A stretch of 64,000 nucleotides of DNA from Camelus dromedarius (GCF_036321535.1 NC_087437.1:34288001-34352000), one strand, 5' to 3'; shown: positions 27,146-43,210, numbered from the stretch's first letter. Numbers and translations: made by a program. Notes: generated by a model not told the origin, from the sequence alone.

Positions 27146-30100
27146 TTTGCATTTATGCTAAATCTTTAGACTCTAAGAACTGTTATACACACTTTACATT
27201 ATAACAATCCACAGTTCTCAGTGTCTCTTTTCCTGTCCCCGCTCTTCCTTCAAACTTCAGCTTACATTTCCCCTCCTTGGTAGAGCCGTCCCCACCCCCC
27301 CAGAGAGCACCTCCTGCTTCTGCTCCTTGCCGGGATCATGGAATCCAAGATATCATTTTTGTAACGCCTAAATGCTTATATTACTCCCAATCGACAGTGG
27401 TTAATATCAAACATCAGTGAGGCATTATTTAATATTCCATTCTCCAGTGTTCTTTTAAACATCTAATATTTAAGTGTAAACTTTAAATTACATCTAGAAG
27501 TATATATTGACTTACTGTAACTACAAACCCAAGATGCAGTAAACATGCTCTGAAGAGCCTGCCAAAATGTTACTTCTAAGAGCCTATTAAGGAGCTTTAA
27601 TATTTTATTTTGGATTATGCAGATAAAGTTTATAAACAATGTCGTTAAAAAAATAATGGGATGAGAAGCCTTTCTATCTCTTTCTTTATATCTGAGTAGA
27701 GGGGATAAAATACGAGTTTATGTCTCCACCCCATTGGGTGAGGACTGAGGCCATTCAGTCCAGATTGATACAGAGACCCCCGACCCCCAACCCCATGTCA
27801 TTTCTCAGCAATGACCAACATCTATTGAGAGTCTATCATATACCACTTTACACACATCATCACACTGAATTCTTACCATGATCCTGAAAAGAGGTACCAT
27901 AATCACAATTTCACTGAGCTAATTGGGCAACTCCAGTAGCAACACTTGGATTTGAACTCATATCTGCCTAATTCTAAAACTCATGCACTTTCAAACCTCC
28001 CCTCCCGCCTCCCGCCTCCCTCTCTACTGTTGCTATGATAGGTCATGTGCTAGCACCTTGTTAGGGAGCAGGGAGCTCACCAGGCAGGCAGCCATCCCCA
28101 CGCGCAGGGCTCTTATGTTTTCCCTACTAGGAATAACAAGACCAGAGTTCAAATCCTAGCTCTGCCTTTTTCTGTAGACTTGAACAAGTCACACTTCTTG
28201 AATCTCACTTTCTTCTACATTATCTAAATAATGTATTTAATGTGCATTTACTATGCACTAAGCACTTTGGATTAACTCATTTATTCTTCATATAACCTTA
28301 TAAATTAGATTCTATTATTACTCCCATTTTATAGAGGAGGAACCTGAAGCTTAGAGTGATTAGGTGACTTGCCCAAGGTTCCAGAGCTAGTGGTAGAGTC
28401 AGATTTAAATCCAGGTCTGTCTGATTTCGTGGCTTTAATTCCTAATCATCTAGCATAATTGTCCCTACCATATTTTCCTGGTCCATCTTGTTAAAATAAA
28501 CAAGATGATATACGTGTAAGCATTTTGCAGATGTTCAGCATGAAACAAATGCTGTTTTGTTTCTCTTACCTGTTTTGATTCTGATCATGGTAGGGAAATC
28601 ATGCTGGAAAAGGGACTCTCTGGAAATAAATGTCCACATAAACAGAGGAGTCTAGAATTCTGGAGCTGGCACCACTGTACTCCCTGGACCCAAAGACAGG
28701 CCGCCAGAATGCTGTATTATTGGATGGTTCCACTTAACAGTAGTCATTTTGTTGAGCTTTAAGAAAAAGTAAATCAGTGTTAAATCTTTCCGAACTCCTT
28801 TAATTATAGATTAGCCTTGTCAATCTTAATAAAATTATGCCTCATGTTTGAGATTTATATATGGAAAAGTGCTCAAAAGTAATTACTTTTATTTCCCAAG
28901 CATGTCATTTAAAAAATTCTTATATTCACAGCTTGATCCCTATAATTCTATTCTTAGACTCATTTTTAATCTGACTCTGTCTAAAACTAAATTATGCCTC
29001 CAAGATATTGAACAGCTTAAATGTCACATTAGTGACATGGTCATTGATTTTATATTTCTATCCAGACTAGTAGACTTTAAGTAAAAACAGCGAGAGCCTA
29101 GCACTAAAATGTACATTTACTTCCAAAGAATATGCTTTCATTATTACAATAAAATGAATTTTTTTTTAATTAAGAAATCTTCCAGATTACTGATTCTAAG
29201 GAATGCTCTTAATTGATGGTGAGCAGCCCTATTTTCTAGTGGACCTATTTAAAAAGTGGCATTTAAAAATCTAAATTGTGTAGGGAAAACCTAGTCTATG
29301 GAAATTAGCCTATCCTAGAGACCCCTCACTCCTCAAAATATGAATTAAGAAAAAAAAATAGCAGCAGAGGATTGCAGAGGGAGCTTCTTGGTCGTACAGC
29401 TCGGGAAAAGGCTCCCTTCAGTGTTTGTCTCTTAGAGAATCACAATATACCTTAACAAATTAAAGGCTTGGAAAACTCTGAAGCCGTGAGTCACATTTTC
29501 TGTAACTGGGCATTTCCCAAACTTACTTGACCACAAAATCTTTTTTCCAAATAACAAGAACATCCCATAGAATTTATGCTCTGTAAGACTTGAGCAAAGT
29601 CCCTTATAACTGATTCTGAAATAAAAGTAACTGAGGCATGCAACCAAACCACTTTTTTACATCCCAAAATAGGCCATGTTGAGACATACAGTTACCTATG
29701 AGTATAACTTTTTACCTAGAGATTAATTTCTAAAACGAATTTGGTGACGCAGAATAGCATATTGATGGAAAACTCACAACACGTGCCAAAACCCCTGCAG
29801 AATAAATTTAGTGTTACTTATTTATGTCAAACCTTACTCCACAGAGAATTTACTATAACTCATAGCATGAATACAAATGGCAAAATATGAATGGAATCAA
29901 ACAAAAAATAAATTGTGTTAGAAAACCAAGGCTATATTAAAGCAGAAACATAAATATGGTGGGGGGGGGAACCTAGCACAAATATTATAACTAAACTTTA
30001 AATTTAGTTCTGAGCTCTCCAGCAGCCAAAGCAAAAAGGGACTCATGGCCATTTACATAATTACCATGATGAAAAAGAAGAAAGCTTTGACAGGTTCATA

Positions 30101-32029
30101 AGGAAAACAAGGCTTTGTTTTGGATTGAATACTAAAAGAAATCATTCAAAAGAGAGAATTTCATAAGAGACATAATGCTTCCAACCATTTTCCAAATGCA
30201 GTAACAAATTTATGTGGCTAATTCTTATGGCATTGCCAGTGATAAAGCTCAGGCCAAATATTAAATTCTACAAAGTTAATGGGTTCCATTTGTCTTTGGC
30301 TGAGTCAGGAAGACATGTTACAAATCTAATAAAGTTATGATAACCCTAAAACAAATTAGCTTTGTACTTCACCATTTTCAGAACTGAACCAACAGGCAAG
30401 AAAAGATAATGAACTCGTTTAGTTCAATAATAATAGTTAACACTTATATAGAGCTCTCTGTGTGCCAAGCAGTGTTCTAAGCACTTTATATGTGTTCATT
30501 CATTAAATCCTCACAACAGTTCCATAAGGTAGGTAATATTATACCCTCTATTTTGCAGATGAGAAAATGCAGACCCAGAGATCATGTGCCCAAGGTCACA
30601 GAGCAGTACCAACACTGTCTACTGTCACTTGTAATTGAGGCCATCTTCTCCATGTGGATGGGTTCCAGTCTTAGGTGACAGAGTGGGGAAACACTATTCC
30701 CTTCAATCTATAGAATCACAGGAATCCTGTAATTTATCAGAGGAATCTATGTAATTTGTCATCTTTGTATCTTTGGGGCTGGAGAAGATGGTTCAGGGGC
30801 ACTGTATCAGTCAAGGTGCAACCGGAAAAACAAATCACTCTGAGCACTTCAAACAGGGGGAATTAAATTAAATACAAGAGAATGGTTACACAGAAGAGCC
30901 AAGACCAACCCCCTACCCCACCCCCAGGAGCTGGTGGGGCAGCCTGGAGATTGGCAACCCTGGGAGCCCAGGGGCTGGGGTTACCCACCACAGACCTGTG
31001 GGAGCCATGCAAGAGCTGCCCAAGCCCCCACCATGGCTTCTCCTCATCCCCACTCCGACCTCCCACGGGCTGAACTCTGCCAGAATCCCCAGACAGGGAG
31101 ACGCACCCTCTAGGGACCAGCCCTCTCATGATACAGGGAAGAGCTGTAATGGTTGAAGAACCAATCTGAAACCAAAAGCGTCCAAGGCTGGCTGAGGTAT
31201 TAATAGTTGAAATATGAAAATTGTATCCTCCAGTAGCTGGAGCAAATGGGCTTCAGGAGTCAAATCACACAGGTAAATAAAGGCTTATTCTCTAAATCCC
31301 TGGTCACTGTAACCAGGGGGCAATCCTCCTTGTGCTTGAAAGAATATATAAGTAAAACATTTCATTCTGCAGGTACCTAAACAATGGTATTGTTACTTGA
31401 GAGGGATACATGTTGAAAATATAGTCATACACTTAGGTATATTAATTCCATAAGAATGTATTCAGCGCCTATGATGTTCAAGTTGCCAGGGCAGAGATTC
31501 CTGAAAGATGTGGCCATGGCATTCTAGAGTTCTGTAAGCTCTTCATAGATGTGCTCCCAACTCTGCCCATTTTGTCCCAGCTGAGGCCTCCATGTGTATA
31601 GTGATGCCTGTCCCAGGGGATGATGAACAGAGTGGGTCCTGTGACTCATGGTCAGCTGGATAAACCTTGCTGCAGAGGCTAAGAAGAGTGACCTAACAGC
31701 AAATGAGGACTATAGAAAGATGGCATGCTGACAGGAACATTCGAGAACTTTGCCTCGTGGATTTCTACTAGAGCTCAGGCAAGCAGGCAGGAGTTCCATT
31801 CAAACAATGTAGCAGTTGGGGGAAGGTAAAGTGTGAGCAGAGGAACCCCTCAGGTGAGCTTCCCAAAGCACTAGTCAGAATGGTGCCAGGACACAGAGAG
31901 ATGCAAAACTGCTGCTCCACAGCGGAGCAGACACAAAGCCTACGGCCATGAATAGATTTCTAGAAACCCCAGGACTAAGTTATGTATACAACCACCTGAA
32001 ATATGAGGTAGAAAACAAGAAATTGCCAG

Positions 32030-32170
32030 TGGGGGTGGGTACAGCCCAGAGGCAGAGCACATGCTTAGCATGCAAGAGGCCATGGATCAATTCCCAGTAC
32101 CTCCATTAAAATAAATAAACCTAATTACCTACCCCCAGAAAATTAAAAAAAAGAAGAAGAAGAAGAAGAA
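32030..32170 (+). mobile_element. Vic-1-like SINE
   Basis: tRNA-like head, aaacctaattacctacccc, A/(AAG)n tail, TSD-like aattgcca on both sides. Confidence 0.85.
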
Positions 32171-34226
32171 AATGAGAATTGCCACATATAAGAGATGCTA
32201 TTAAGGGGATTCTGAGAAGAGAGAAAGAGATGACTTCTAGCTGGGGAGGGTGGACTTCGGGGTGGGTGGTATAAATTTTGGAGAGGTGACATTGGAGAGG
32301 AGGTGCATGTTATATGGTTTTGACCTATAGAGATGGGAAAAAATAATTCTTAGGGGGAGGGTACAGCAAAAGGGAAGGGACAACATCTCTAAAGCAGGGG
32401 GCTTGGCAGCTGTCTCAGGCAGTCATTTATTGAAGCAAAGGGTTCAGGAAGGAAAGGAGTGGAGAATAAAGATGAAAAGGAAATTAACATTATACTCCCA
32501 AAGCTCTTTTAAAATTCATAGTTGGATAAATCTACAATGAAAATTGTCAAGGGAAATTTTGGGTATTTGGCTATATTCACAATCTTTTAAGGCAAGTATC
32601 TTGGAAGACAGTTCTCCTATGCCATTTAATATTAGAAGCAGGGTGCTGGGTAGACAGTCCACAGCCCTGCCCAGGTGGGGGTAATGGCCAGCTCAGGGTC
32701 AGTGCTACCAGTCCTGCTGCCCTGTAAATGTAAGGACATGGGCAGGACTCTGAACAAGAACAGGCACCTCATGCTCCACCCTAATCTACGGAGAATATTC
32801 AGATGGTGGTATTAACAACTAATTTTCCCTTGTAATGAAAGGAAGGCAAAGAGTGTATTACTAGTTTCAAGTTAAAATAATGGAGTGTAAAAATGTTTCA
32901 CCTTATGAAATTATTCCATCTTTATGAAGTGATTTCATTGTAATTTCATGCTATGTGATTTTTCTGCCCATGTGAGCATTTGGCTGGTACATCAGCCTAC
33001 TGACAGATCTATTCTAACTTCACCAATCTGACCATCTAAAAAGTAGGAGTGAGAAAGAAATTCATTCAGCTGATATAACTGGAATTCTAATTTCAGATCT
33101 TCTTGGCCTCACTCAAATATCTCATAATATTTATGGTTTGATTTTTATATCTCCAGCAATTCAAAAAAGAGAGTTTGCCATGAGAAATTAACTGAAAACT
33201 TGTTATAAAGAAAACTTACATATAGAAGTTAGGTCACCGATAAGTAATATCATATATTCATTTTGTGTTTCAGAACCCAGTTTATCCTTACTTTCCCAAG
33301 CACGGACCTTTAGCCAACTGATGAGCACTGGAGAGCTCCGTTCACATGTAAAGAATGGAGCCTAGAACAGAATCCAGCTGTATTTTCCTTATAACTGGCC
33401 TCTCAGTGCATCTGAAGTGGTCAGAGGGAACACAAGAGCATTGCCCCCAGGGTCCCTTTGGCCCAGCCCAAGTCGGTGAGGCAGTGAGGCGCTTCCCATC
33501 ACAAGCCTTGGATCCCAGTTTCAGCACCACCACCAGTTTACCCTGTGATTCCAATGTGTCAACCTCTCTTCACCTGGAAAAATGGATAATAATAACTTCA
33601 ACCCATCTCACAGGAATGCAATAAGGAGAAAACAAAACAGTGCACGCGGACGTACTTGGAAAAGCTAAAAGGCCAAATAGAAATGTAGATATTCTTTCCT
33701 CAAGGCCTGAACGTACCCAACCTTTTGTTTCTAGCTTCAAGCATGGGAGAAAGATTTCTATTTCCTTTTGTGCCTAATTTGAACGAAAGACACAAAGCAC
33801 CTCACATTGCCTTTTCTCCTGCTTCAAGCATCTGGCTTGAAGAAGCCTTTTGTCGGCCAGCTGCCAACTCAGAGTTGAAAGGAAATGCAGACTCCGCTCT
33901 AAGTTAGGCGAGTGGAGGTGGAGAGGACAGGAAACAGTGCTGGAACTCTCCTGGTCTCCAAGCAAAGACTGAGCAGGTCTATGGAGGTAACTCTATTCAC
34001 ACAACCTGTTAGAGACCCTGCAGGGAACCAGATTTGGTTTAAAACTGAATAACAGTGAGGCATAGCTCGACTCTACTTAAAGCTTATGAACAAGAGGTTC
34101 CCAACTGTGAAGACAGAAATGATCCAGGCTTTGCCCCAAGCATGAGAGATGACACATGAAGGGTCTTCCCGCCCCGGGAACTGGTCCCCATGAAGTTTTC
34201 TCTGCCCAGAACACATCCTTTCTCTT

Positions 34227-34685
34227 GGCCTTGGCCTTTCTTTCTTTCTTTTTTTTTTTTTTTTTTTTTTTTGAGGGTTAGGGCTAGGTGCAGGGTTAGG
34301 ACTAGGTTCAGGTTTAGAGCTATATTTAGGGTTAGAGATAGGTTCAAGCTTATGTCTAGGTTCAGGGTTATGGCTAGTTGAATGTTTAGGGCTGGGTGAA
34401 GCGTTATGGCTAGGTTCAGGTTTAGGGCCAAGTTCAGGGTTATGGCTAGGTTCAGGGTTAGGGCTAGGTGCAGGTTTAAGTCTAGGTTCAGTGTCATGGG
34501 TAGGTACAGTGTTAGGGCTCGGTTTAGGGTTAGGTCTAGGTTCACCATAAGACTTAGGTTCAGGGTTAGGGCTAGGGTTTTTTTTTTTTTTTATTCTAAC
34601 AGTATTTTATTTTATTTATTTATTTAACATTTTTTATTGATTTATAATCATTTTACAATGTTGTGTCAAGGCCTTGTCCTTTCCT
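34227..34685 (-). mobile_element. L1-mediated insertion: ~45-bp L1 3' end, A-tracts, transduced telomere-variant array, poly(A), flanked by a TSD
   Basis: TSD ggccttggcctttctt (34227-34242) / ggccttgtcctttcct (34670-34685). Poly-T 34243-34272. The minus strand has TTGACACAACATTGTAAAATGATTATAAATCAATAAAAAATGTTAAAT, resembling a camelid L1 3' terminus. Confidence 0.8.
34274..34579 (+). repeat. Telomere-variant tandem array, 51 hexamers = 17 x 18-bp unit (AGGGTT-AGGGCT-AGGTTC)
   Basis: Read directly: strict 6-bp phase with a 3-hexamer higher-order period, degenerate TTAGGG-like. Confidence 0.95.
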
Positions 34686-37600
34686 AAGAAGCTGTTTCTT
34701 ACGGAGGCCTTTCTGGCTGACACCCCCACCCCACCAAAGTCCAGATAACATCCAGTGTAAAAACTCGGGGAACTTCTCCTTTATAATCATTGATCTTTGT
34801 CTGGAGTTTAGTGATTGATTAATCTGACTGATTAGCATCTGTGGTTCTCTCTCCCCTCTCCCAGCAAGCTCCCTGAGGACAGGGAACATTTTGATTTCAC
34901 AGCATTTTCAGATCAGAGCAGAATGCCTAGTTCAGAGTGGGCCCTCATTAAATATTTATTAAATGAGTGGCGAAAGAAATACAATTTGCAAAGAACTTCA
35001 AAGTAGATTATTTCAGATCACAAATCATTTCTAGGTAGGCATATTTATGCAAATGTGTGCTATTTACCATCAAACCCTTAATTTACTGTTGCTCAGGGAG
35101 GACATACTGCAAATGGACGAAAACCATAAAATGAGGAGTTTAATAAATCAACTTTAATAGCGAGTTAGTAGTAAGGAAAAATGCGGTACACCCCGAAAAG
35201 GGGGTTCTTAGAGACTGGATGGTTTGCAAGGTCCCAACCGCCCACTTTTAGACGTTTTGAAGAAGGGACGTGAAAAGGGCAGAACTATTGCTTCCCAGGT
35301 TTAAAGGTAAGAACTCACAGTCAGCAGACATCAGGGAGGCGTTCCTTTCTGGACCGGGTATCATGTGACAGAACAGAAAGTTGAACGTTGGGGCCGCCCA
35401 GTCTTTCTCAAGCCATCAGGACAGCTCCCAGAAGCACAGGTGAAACAGCAACCAGTTTTGTGGTGTTCTGCTTACTTTCTTCTGTTCTAAAAAGTTGAAA
35501 AGTATGGCTAATTTGGCATTCATTCAAATGAATGTAAATAAACGAGGAAGGTAAAATTTTCAAAAAATATTATCCAAGCACTTCAGCAAGATAAAGCAGT
35601 TAATGTTCTTAATTTTTTTTTTTAATCAAGCTGTACTCCTAGAGACCATGCTTTTTGGATGAAAGTCAGTCCTTGTCCCTCTTCCATCTGTTTTTTTTTT
35701 TTTTTTTTTTTGCACACACTGACTTACACACAATTTGGTGCTGATTTTCAACAAAATAAGGTTTCTTTTTAATTTTTACATTGTGATCTTCCTTTATCTT
35801 TCAATTATTCTATGGAACATATAATTAAATTCCATCTTCCTCCCTAAGTGGCTTGAATTTATGACTTTCTGAGAGCTAAGTCTAACCCATTTATTTGTGT
35901 GTTAAACAAATACAAAGAATAAGGGTGCTGAGTAATGAAGATCATGTCTTTTCTGGGGCTTTTAAAGCTATAGGGTTTCTTTTCTTTCCTTCAAAAGGTT
36001 GTACACAATAAATTACACTGCAAATAAAAATGAATTAAGTGAGACTGAGAGATCAGAGGAGAAACAAAGAGGCGCCAGTTTCTGTAGAGGGTCTTTAATG
36101 GATGATGCTTTGGGACTATCAATTTGGAAAGAAAAAAATCAAATAAAATCCATTCCATACGCATTTTGCAGACCCCATCCTTTTCTTTGTTTTTTATGTA
36201 ACTCTGCCAATGTTTTATTTTATGTAAGATCTATATTGTTTTTCTACTGTGTCCTGATATCCTGCAAACAAATTCTAATTCCCTTGAAGGCAGACAGAAA
36301 TTAAACAGATTAAATGCTGTTTGTTAACTAATTTCAAAATAACAATAAGCAGGACAGTTTCTCTTATGCATCATCAACCAGACAACTTCCCCTTTACTTT
36401 TGCCATTGCTCCCATGGCCAGCAGAAATCCTAGCAGATCAGATAAGAACCCAAAGAGGTCTTCACATTTTTATCGACTTCGTACTCTAACGCCCATCTCA
36501 AGCTATGAACTGCCTTCATCCTTGAGATTGCTGTAAACTCATTAACTATTTTTCCTCTAGGAAAATGAGAACAAGTCACCATCAGAGAGGAAACTGTCAT
36601 TTGTTTCCCTCTGTGGAATGTCTCCTTTACTCCATTTAGAAGCAGCTAGGCCTGCAGACCTGGGTTTATTCCACCCTGGGGAGGAATCATCTATTTCTAT
36701 ATAATGGCGAGCACCTAGCAGAGTTCCTAGAATATAGAAAAACGTGCGGTGTAAATTTGGCCAAAGAATGGGTGAATGAAAGGATAATGATTTTCATTGT
36801 CCTAAAAAGAATCATTTCCACCCTCTTTCTACAATTTGAAACCCCTTGTCAATTAGTCTTTACTGAATAGGTTTTAGGCCTCCCAGCAGAGAAACAGATG
36901 GCGGTACAGAGAAATATTTCGGCTTTAGGAGAGCTTAGAAAGAAGGACGTGTGCTCAGCCAAGCTTCGCATGAAGTACTTGGTGTTAGTGACACTTAGGA
37001 GCTTCTCCAGGAGGAGAAAGGATTGTTTTGGAGTGCAAGGCAAAGTAAGGTGTTCCCAGCAGTAGAAATTTTAAAATGTTTTCATTTAGGAGGAACACTG
37101 ACCAGTCTAAATCAAACCCACACTCCAGCCTTGTTCCATAAGGCTATTAGGGAGATACAGTGTGACTTACTCCGAGAGAAGTCTTTGCTTTTACCTGATC
37201 TACAGTTGAGTTTTGTGTTCTGTTTTCCCTTTGCTTTTACTTTTTTCTCTCAATGACTATGGAATTTCCCCGTCTGGATTCTCTACAGGGGACCTAGTGT
37301 TTAAGGGGTGAGGGGATTAAAAGATGATTGTTCCAGTCTGCCTGAATAAAAGCACAAGCTCCTGGCTCCTTCATGGTGTCGCTCTAATGAGCCGCTGAAG
37401 GCCACCGCCCAGCAGACATGTCTGTGTCAGGGACCGCGGTAACTGCCATCCCTCCCAGCGTGCGCTAAGGGGCTTCCCCAGGGAGTGCTGCCTGCTCTAC
37501 CCCATGTGCTAAATGAGAGCATAGGCTCCCTTGAAGGCAAACTTGGCAAACAAGAATAACCTTGAAAAAGACCCTTTAGACGCAGATCAATGCTTAGGAA

Positions 37601-38079
37601 CGTTGCCAATCACTTACAACTCTCGTTTGCCATTTCACAGATGTGTTATTTACGCTGGAGGACAGGCCTCCTACCTCAAATCCAAATCCCTGCTCTGTCC
37701 CTTGGGTACACTGGGGCTTGTCGGATGCCCTGGGGAAATATGCACCCCTTCTCCTCTCCTTCGTCAACTCGGGTTACCGTGGAAGAGTACCCCCCTGCCC
37801 CTCTGTGAATACTTCCGTGGTGCCATGACCTTAGCCTCTCCGGAGAATTCTCTGTTCTGGAGGTCTCCTGAGGGGTACCGGATTCCCAGCCCCCTGGATC
37901 TGTACCATCCGGCATCTCTCCCCCACCCCACCCAGCAAGCTCTAGGGCGGCTGCGGGGCTGTGCTAGCCATTAATGACCATCATCCATTTTTAATCAGAA
38001 AGATCACAAGAAGGATGGTAAGCGAATCCCAGTCGCAAGTCAATTTAAATAACATTCCCGGGGAAATCCAATCACTTAA

Positions 38080-39900
<1,821 letters not shown>

Positions 39901-40831
39901 TTTGGTGAGGGATGCCCGTGAGATCCGGTTAGTTGCTGTACCTATTCAGGATACAGCAGTTACGCATATCTGAGATCATACTCAAGGTACCGTTGAACTT
40001 TTGATTTTTCAATAACTGAGAAGATACTTATTTGTCTTTTATTTTTATATTTTTATCATGTATTGAGCGCATCTGGAGGCTGTTTCTGCATTTAATGACA
40101 AGATCATCATCTTAGCACCTGTTTTAGGCCTTAGTGGCCCAGAAATATCTACACTCTCATTATTGTTTAATAAAATGTTGGACATTATTTCATTTACGGC
40201 GGGAAAAAGAGGCATGGTCAAATGAGAAAAAATGTGACATTGAAAACATGAAGGATACCTTATTTTCACTATTTGAGAAGAATATACTTTATTTTTAGTA
40301 CTGTGGCATAATATATAACTTTTTATATTAACTATACATTATGGATGTAGTCTAGGTCATAGTTTCATGTAAAAATGATTGCTACATGTAAGCCATACCA
40401 TGAAGCATGATGTCATGCCTTTCCCCTCCATTTTTCATTTGGAATACATTTCACATGATAGAAAACGTAAGAATTTGTTGTGACTTGTAACTTTTGTTTA
40501 AAGCATAATTGTGCAGTAATGTACTACAGAAGGATTCAGTCAACCTATCTTAAGAAAAAAAAGTGTCATTGTGTCAGTTCTACCATTCTATTAAATGTCC
40601 TTTAAGCAAATGGTAATATGAAATAATATATTAAAATGCATTATGTATAATGTACATATGCATATTGTCTATGTACAATATACACACGGTGTATAATTAT
40701 TACAGTTTGTGATTATCAAGAAAGGAAAAGAAGGAAAAAAAAGTTTTCTCTGCTTGGGGAAGGATGGGTACTACATTGAGAAAAATTACACATGTGGATC
40801 TCACACGTGGATCTAGAAAAGTTATTTTTAT

Positions 40832-41002
40832 GATTGAAAAAATCTGACAATTCTGAGAAATCTTAAAATATCTGAATGATATTAGAAGAAAATGATTTGA
40901 TTAAAATTTTTAAAGCTGATTGAAAAAGTCTGACAGTTCTAAGGAATCTGAAGATGTCTGAATTGCAATAGAAGAAAATGGTTTACTCTAAACTTTTAAA
41001 AG
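40832..41002 (+). repeat. ~86-bp diverged tandem duplication downstream of C3orf80
   Basis: gattgaaaaa[a/g]tctgaca[a/g]ttct...tagaagaaaatg[a/g]ttt occurs twice in tandem. Confidence 0.85.
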
Positions 41003-43070
41003 AGAATGACCCTGTCATTAAAGAGAATCATTTGAAGTGCATTAAAACATAGAAAAGCATTAAAATCTTTCTCTGTGCAAACTGTATCAGACGTGTGACT
41101 ATATGGTAGTGTATTAAAATATGAAATGTGTGTCTGACATTTAAAAGAAATTTAAAGCTGTGAATTGGCAAAAACATCAGGAGTTGAGACTGCATCAACT
41201 TTTATTGAGAATGGTATAGGATTTAATGAAATCACATTATATTGAATGACTGTATATATTAATGTTACTCAAACACTGTAAATTTTAGTTACATGTGGCT
41301 GTCAATACCACTTACCATTCAAACAAACTGGGAAGTTTTCATACTCCTTTAAATGATTTATCCTTTGAGGGTACACTATTTTAGACACTTAAAAAAATTC
41401 ACGCATATCTGAAACATCAACATAAATATCCAAGTACCAATATATAAAGTCTGTCTTCTATGTTGTTACTACTAGCATCTTGAACTTTACAACAAAGTCT
41501 TATGAAAATACACTTATAAAATGAATCAAGATGTTTTTCTTGTACCATCTGTGGAACATTTCTCTCCATAAAATTCAGAATGTCTATAATGTGACACCAA
41601 TAGTGCAATGAGATTCTACTTAATTTTAAAATTACAAGTTTTACACTTTTTTTCCCTGCACATCACACAAGCTTTTATTGATGTCACCCAGTTCAATAAA
41701 AACATGAGTGTGACTCTGCTTTGGTTTTTTTCTTGTAATTCAAGCACAGTTCTGTTCAGGCATAATGTTGTGAGGGAAAAGTCCTTAACAGCTATTTTTA
41801 TTAGTGATAAATGAACATATCTCATGGAAATACACATACGTATTTAATATACCATGTTAATACAGAACCCATGTGTTCACAATGATAGAAGAACTGGATA
41901 GAAACATTTTTAAAGCTCTAAGGGCATTATCTGGGTGATCAGTTTTTGTAGATTTTATCTGGAAGTTATTTATTACATAGACAGAACTAGTGGAAAATAG
42001 AAATGTAGAAACTTTCACTTGAAAGTAATTCATGATGTGCTGCTCATTTTACTCATTTTTAATATTCTTCTATACATAGTGTAGAACAGAGATGTATCTA
42101 CATAGATATAGACTTATATAGGTGCATAGTCTGTGCCTGATATTATTTGCAAGACTGCTACGTACATACATATCTTAACCAAAGCCACCTGGGAGTGCCA
42201 AGTTCTCCAGTACTAACTTTTCCTCCTGGTTTTTAGTTATTAAACTAACTCACATACTAAAATATTTCAAACATTGTCATTTTCATTGACTTCTCTTGAG
42301 TAGGGAAATGATGGTCCTGGATATGGTAAGAATCCATCTGGAATGAGAGAAAAATGTAACTGATTTTCTAAATCACGTGTGTGTATAATTACCAGTTGCT
42401 TAAAAGCAATTTATATTGGTGTTCAATATCCTAACCAAGAGGAAAATGTCTTCTTGGGTTATAATGATAGTTTTAAGTTTTAAGAGGCCATTAATTGGCA
42501 CATTTTGCAAATGTGAGTGTGCTTCAACCATAGAAAATGGCATTGGCAAGTATGCCAAAGGGCATGTATTATATAAGGAAAACCAGATTCAGCTGTAAAG
42601 GCCAAAGGGAATATAAGGAAATGGCCTCAACAGTTTAAAAGGCAATATGGTAAGTATCTTAATGTTGTACTTTATGTATATAGTTTCTCTCAAGTGGAAT
42701 TAATAAGGGAAACAATTCAGAGCTGAAATTGATATGCTATAAACATGAATATAGTGTTCAGATTTGTACAATATTCTGCACTGACTTTTGTAAAAATTTC
42801 AAGAATCATAATTAATTTGGGTTTCCAGATTGAGAGAAAAAATGATGAGTTGCTTTATTTTGAACAATCCAGCATTAACCATCTCTCCAAAAGTATAAGC
42901 TGCAGACAACCAATCAATATTAGAATATTTGGCAAGTTTACATCTGACCTCACTGGTTTAGAATTGCTTTTTGGTTCACCTTTCATCCATTGATGAAAAG
43001 GCTAATAAGTGATAGGCTAAGGGAAGGTATTTTCTCAACCAAAGAATAAATCAACCAGCTAATTGCAAGA

Positions 43071-43117
43071 AATTAAGACATCCTTTCTTCCATAAGGATG
43101 GAAAGGATGTCTTAATT
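43071..43117. repeat. Perfect 17-bp inverted repeat with a 13-nt loop
   Basis: aattaagacatcctttc - ttccataaggatg - gaaaggatgtcttaatt. Confidence 0.95.
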
Positions 43118-43210
43118 CTTTTTTTCAAATTTTGCCTGTAAAATAATCAAATGTCAAATAAAACCAACACTTTGATTATACTTAAATACATATAGAACCT
43201 AATTTTATTT

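Noticed and set aside
33519..33540. REST/RE1-like TTCAGCACCAC
   Set aside because: Only the left half-site matches; the GGACAG half is absent
34084..34627. 154-aa (LxLx)n and Arg-rich ORFs
   Set aside because: Translation artefacts of the hexamer array and the poly(A/T) tract
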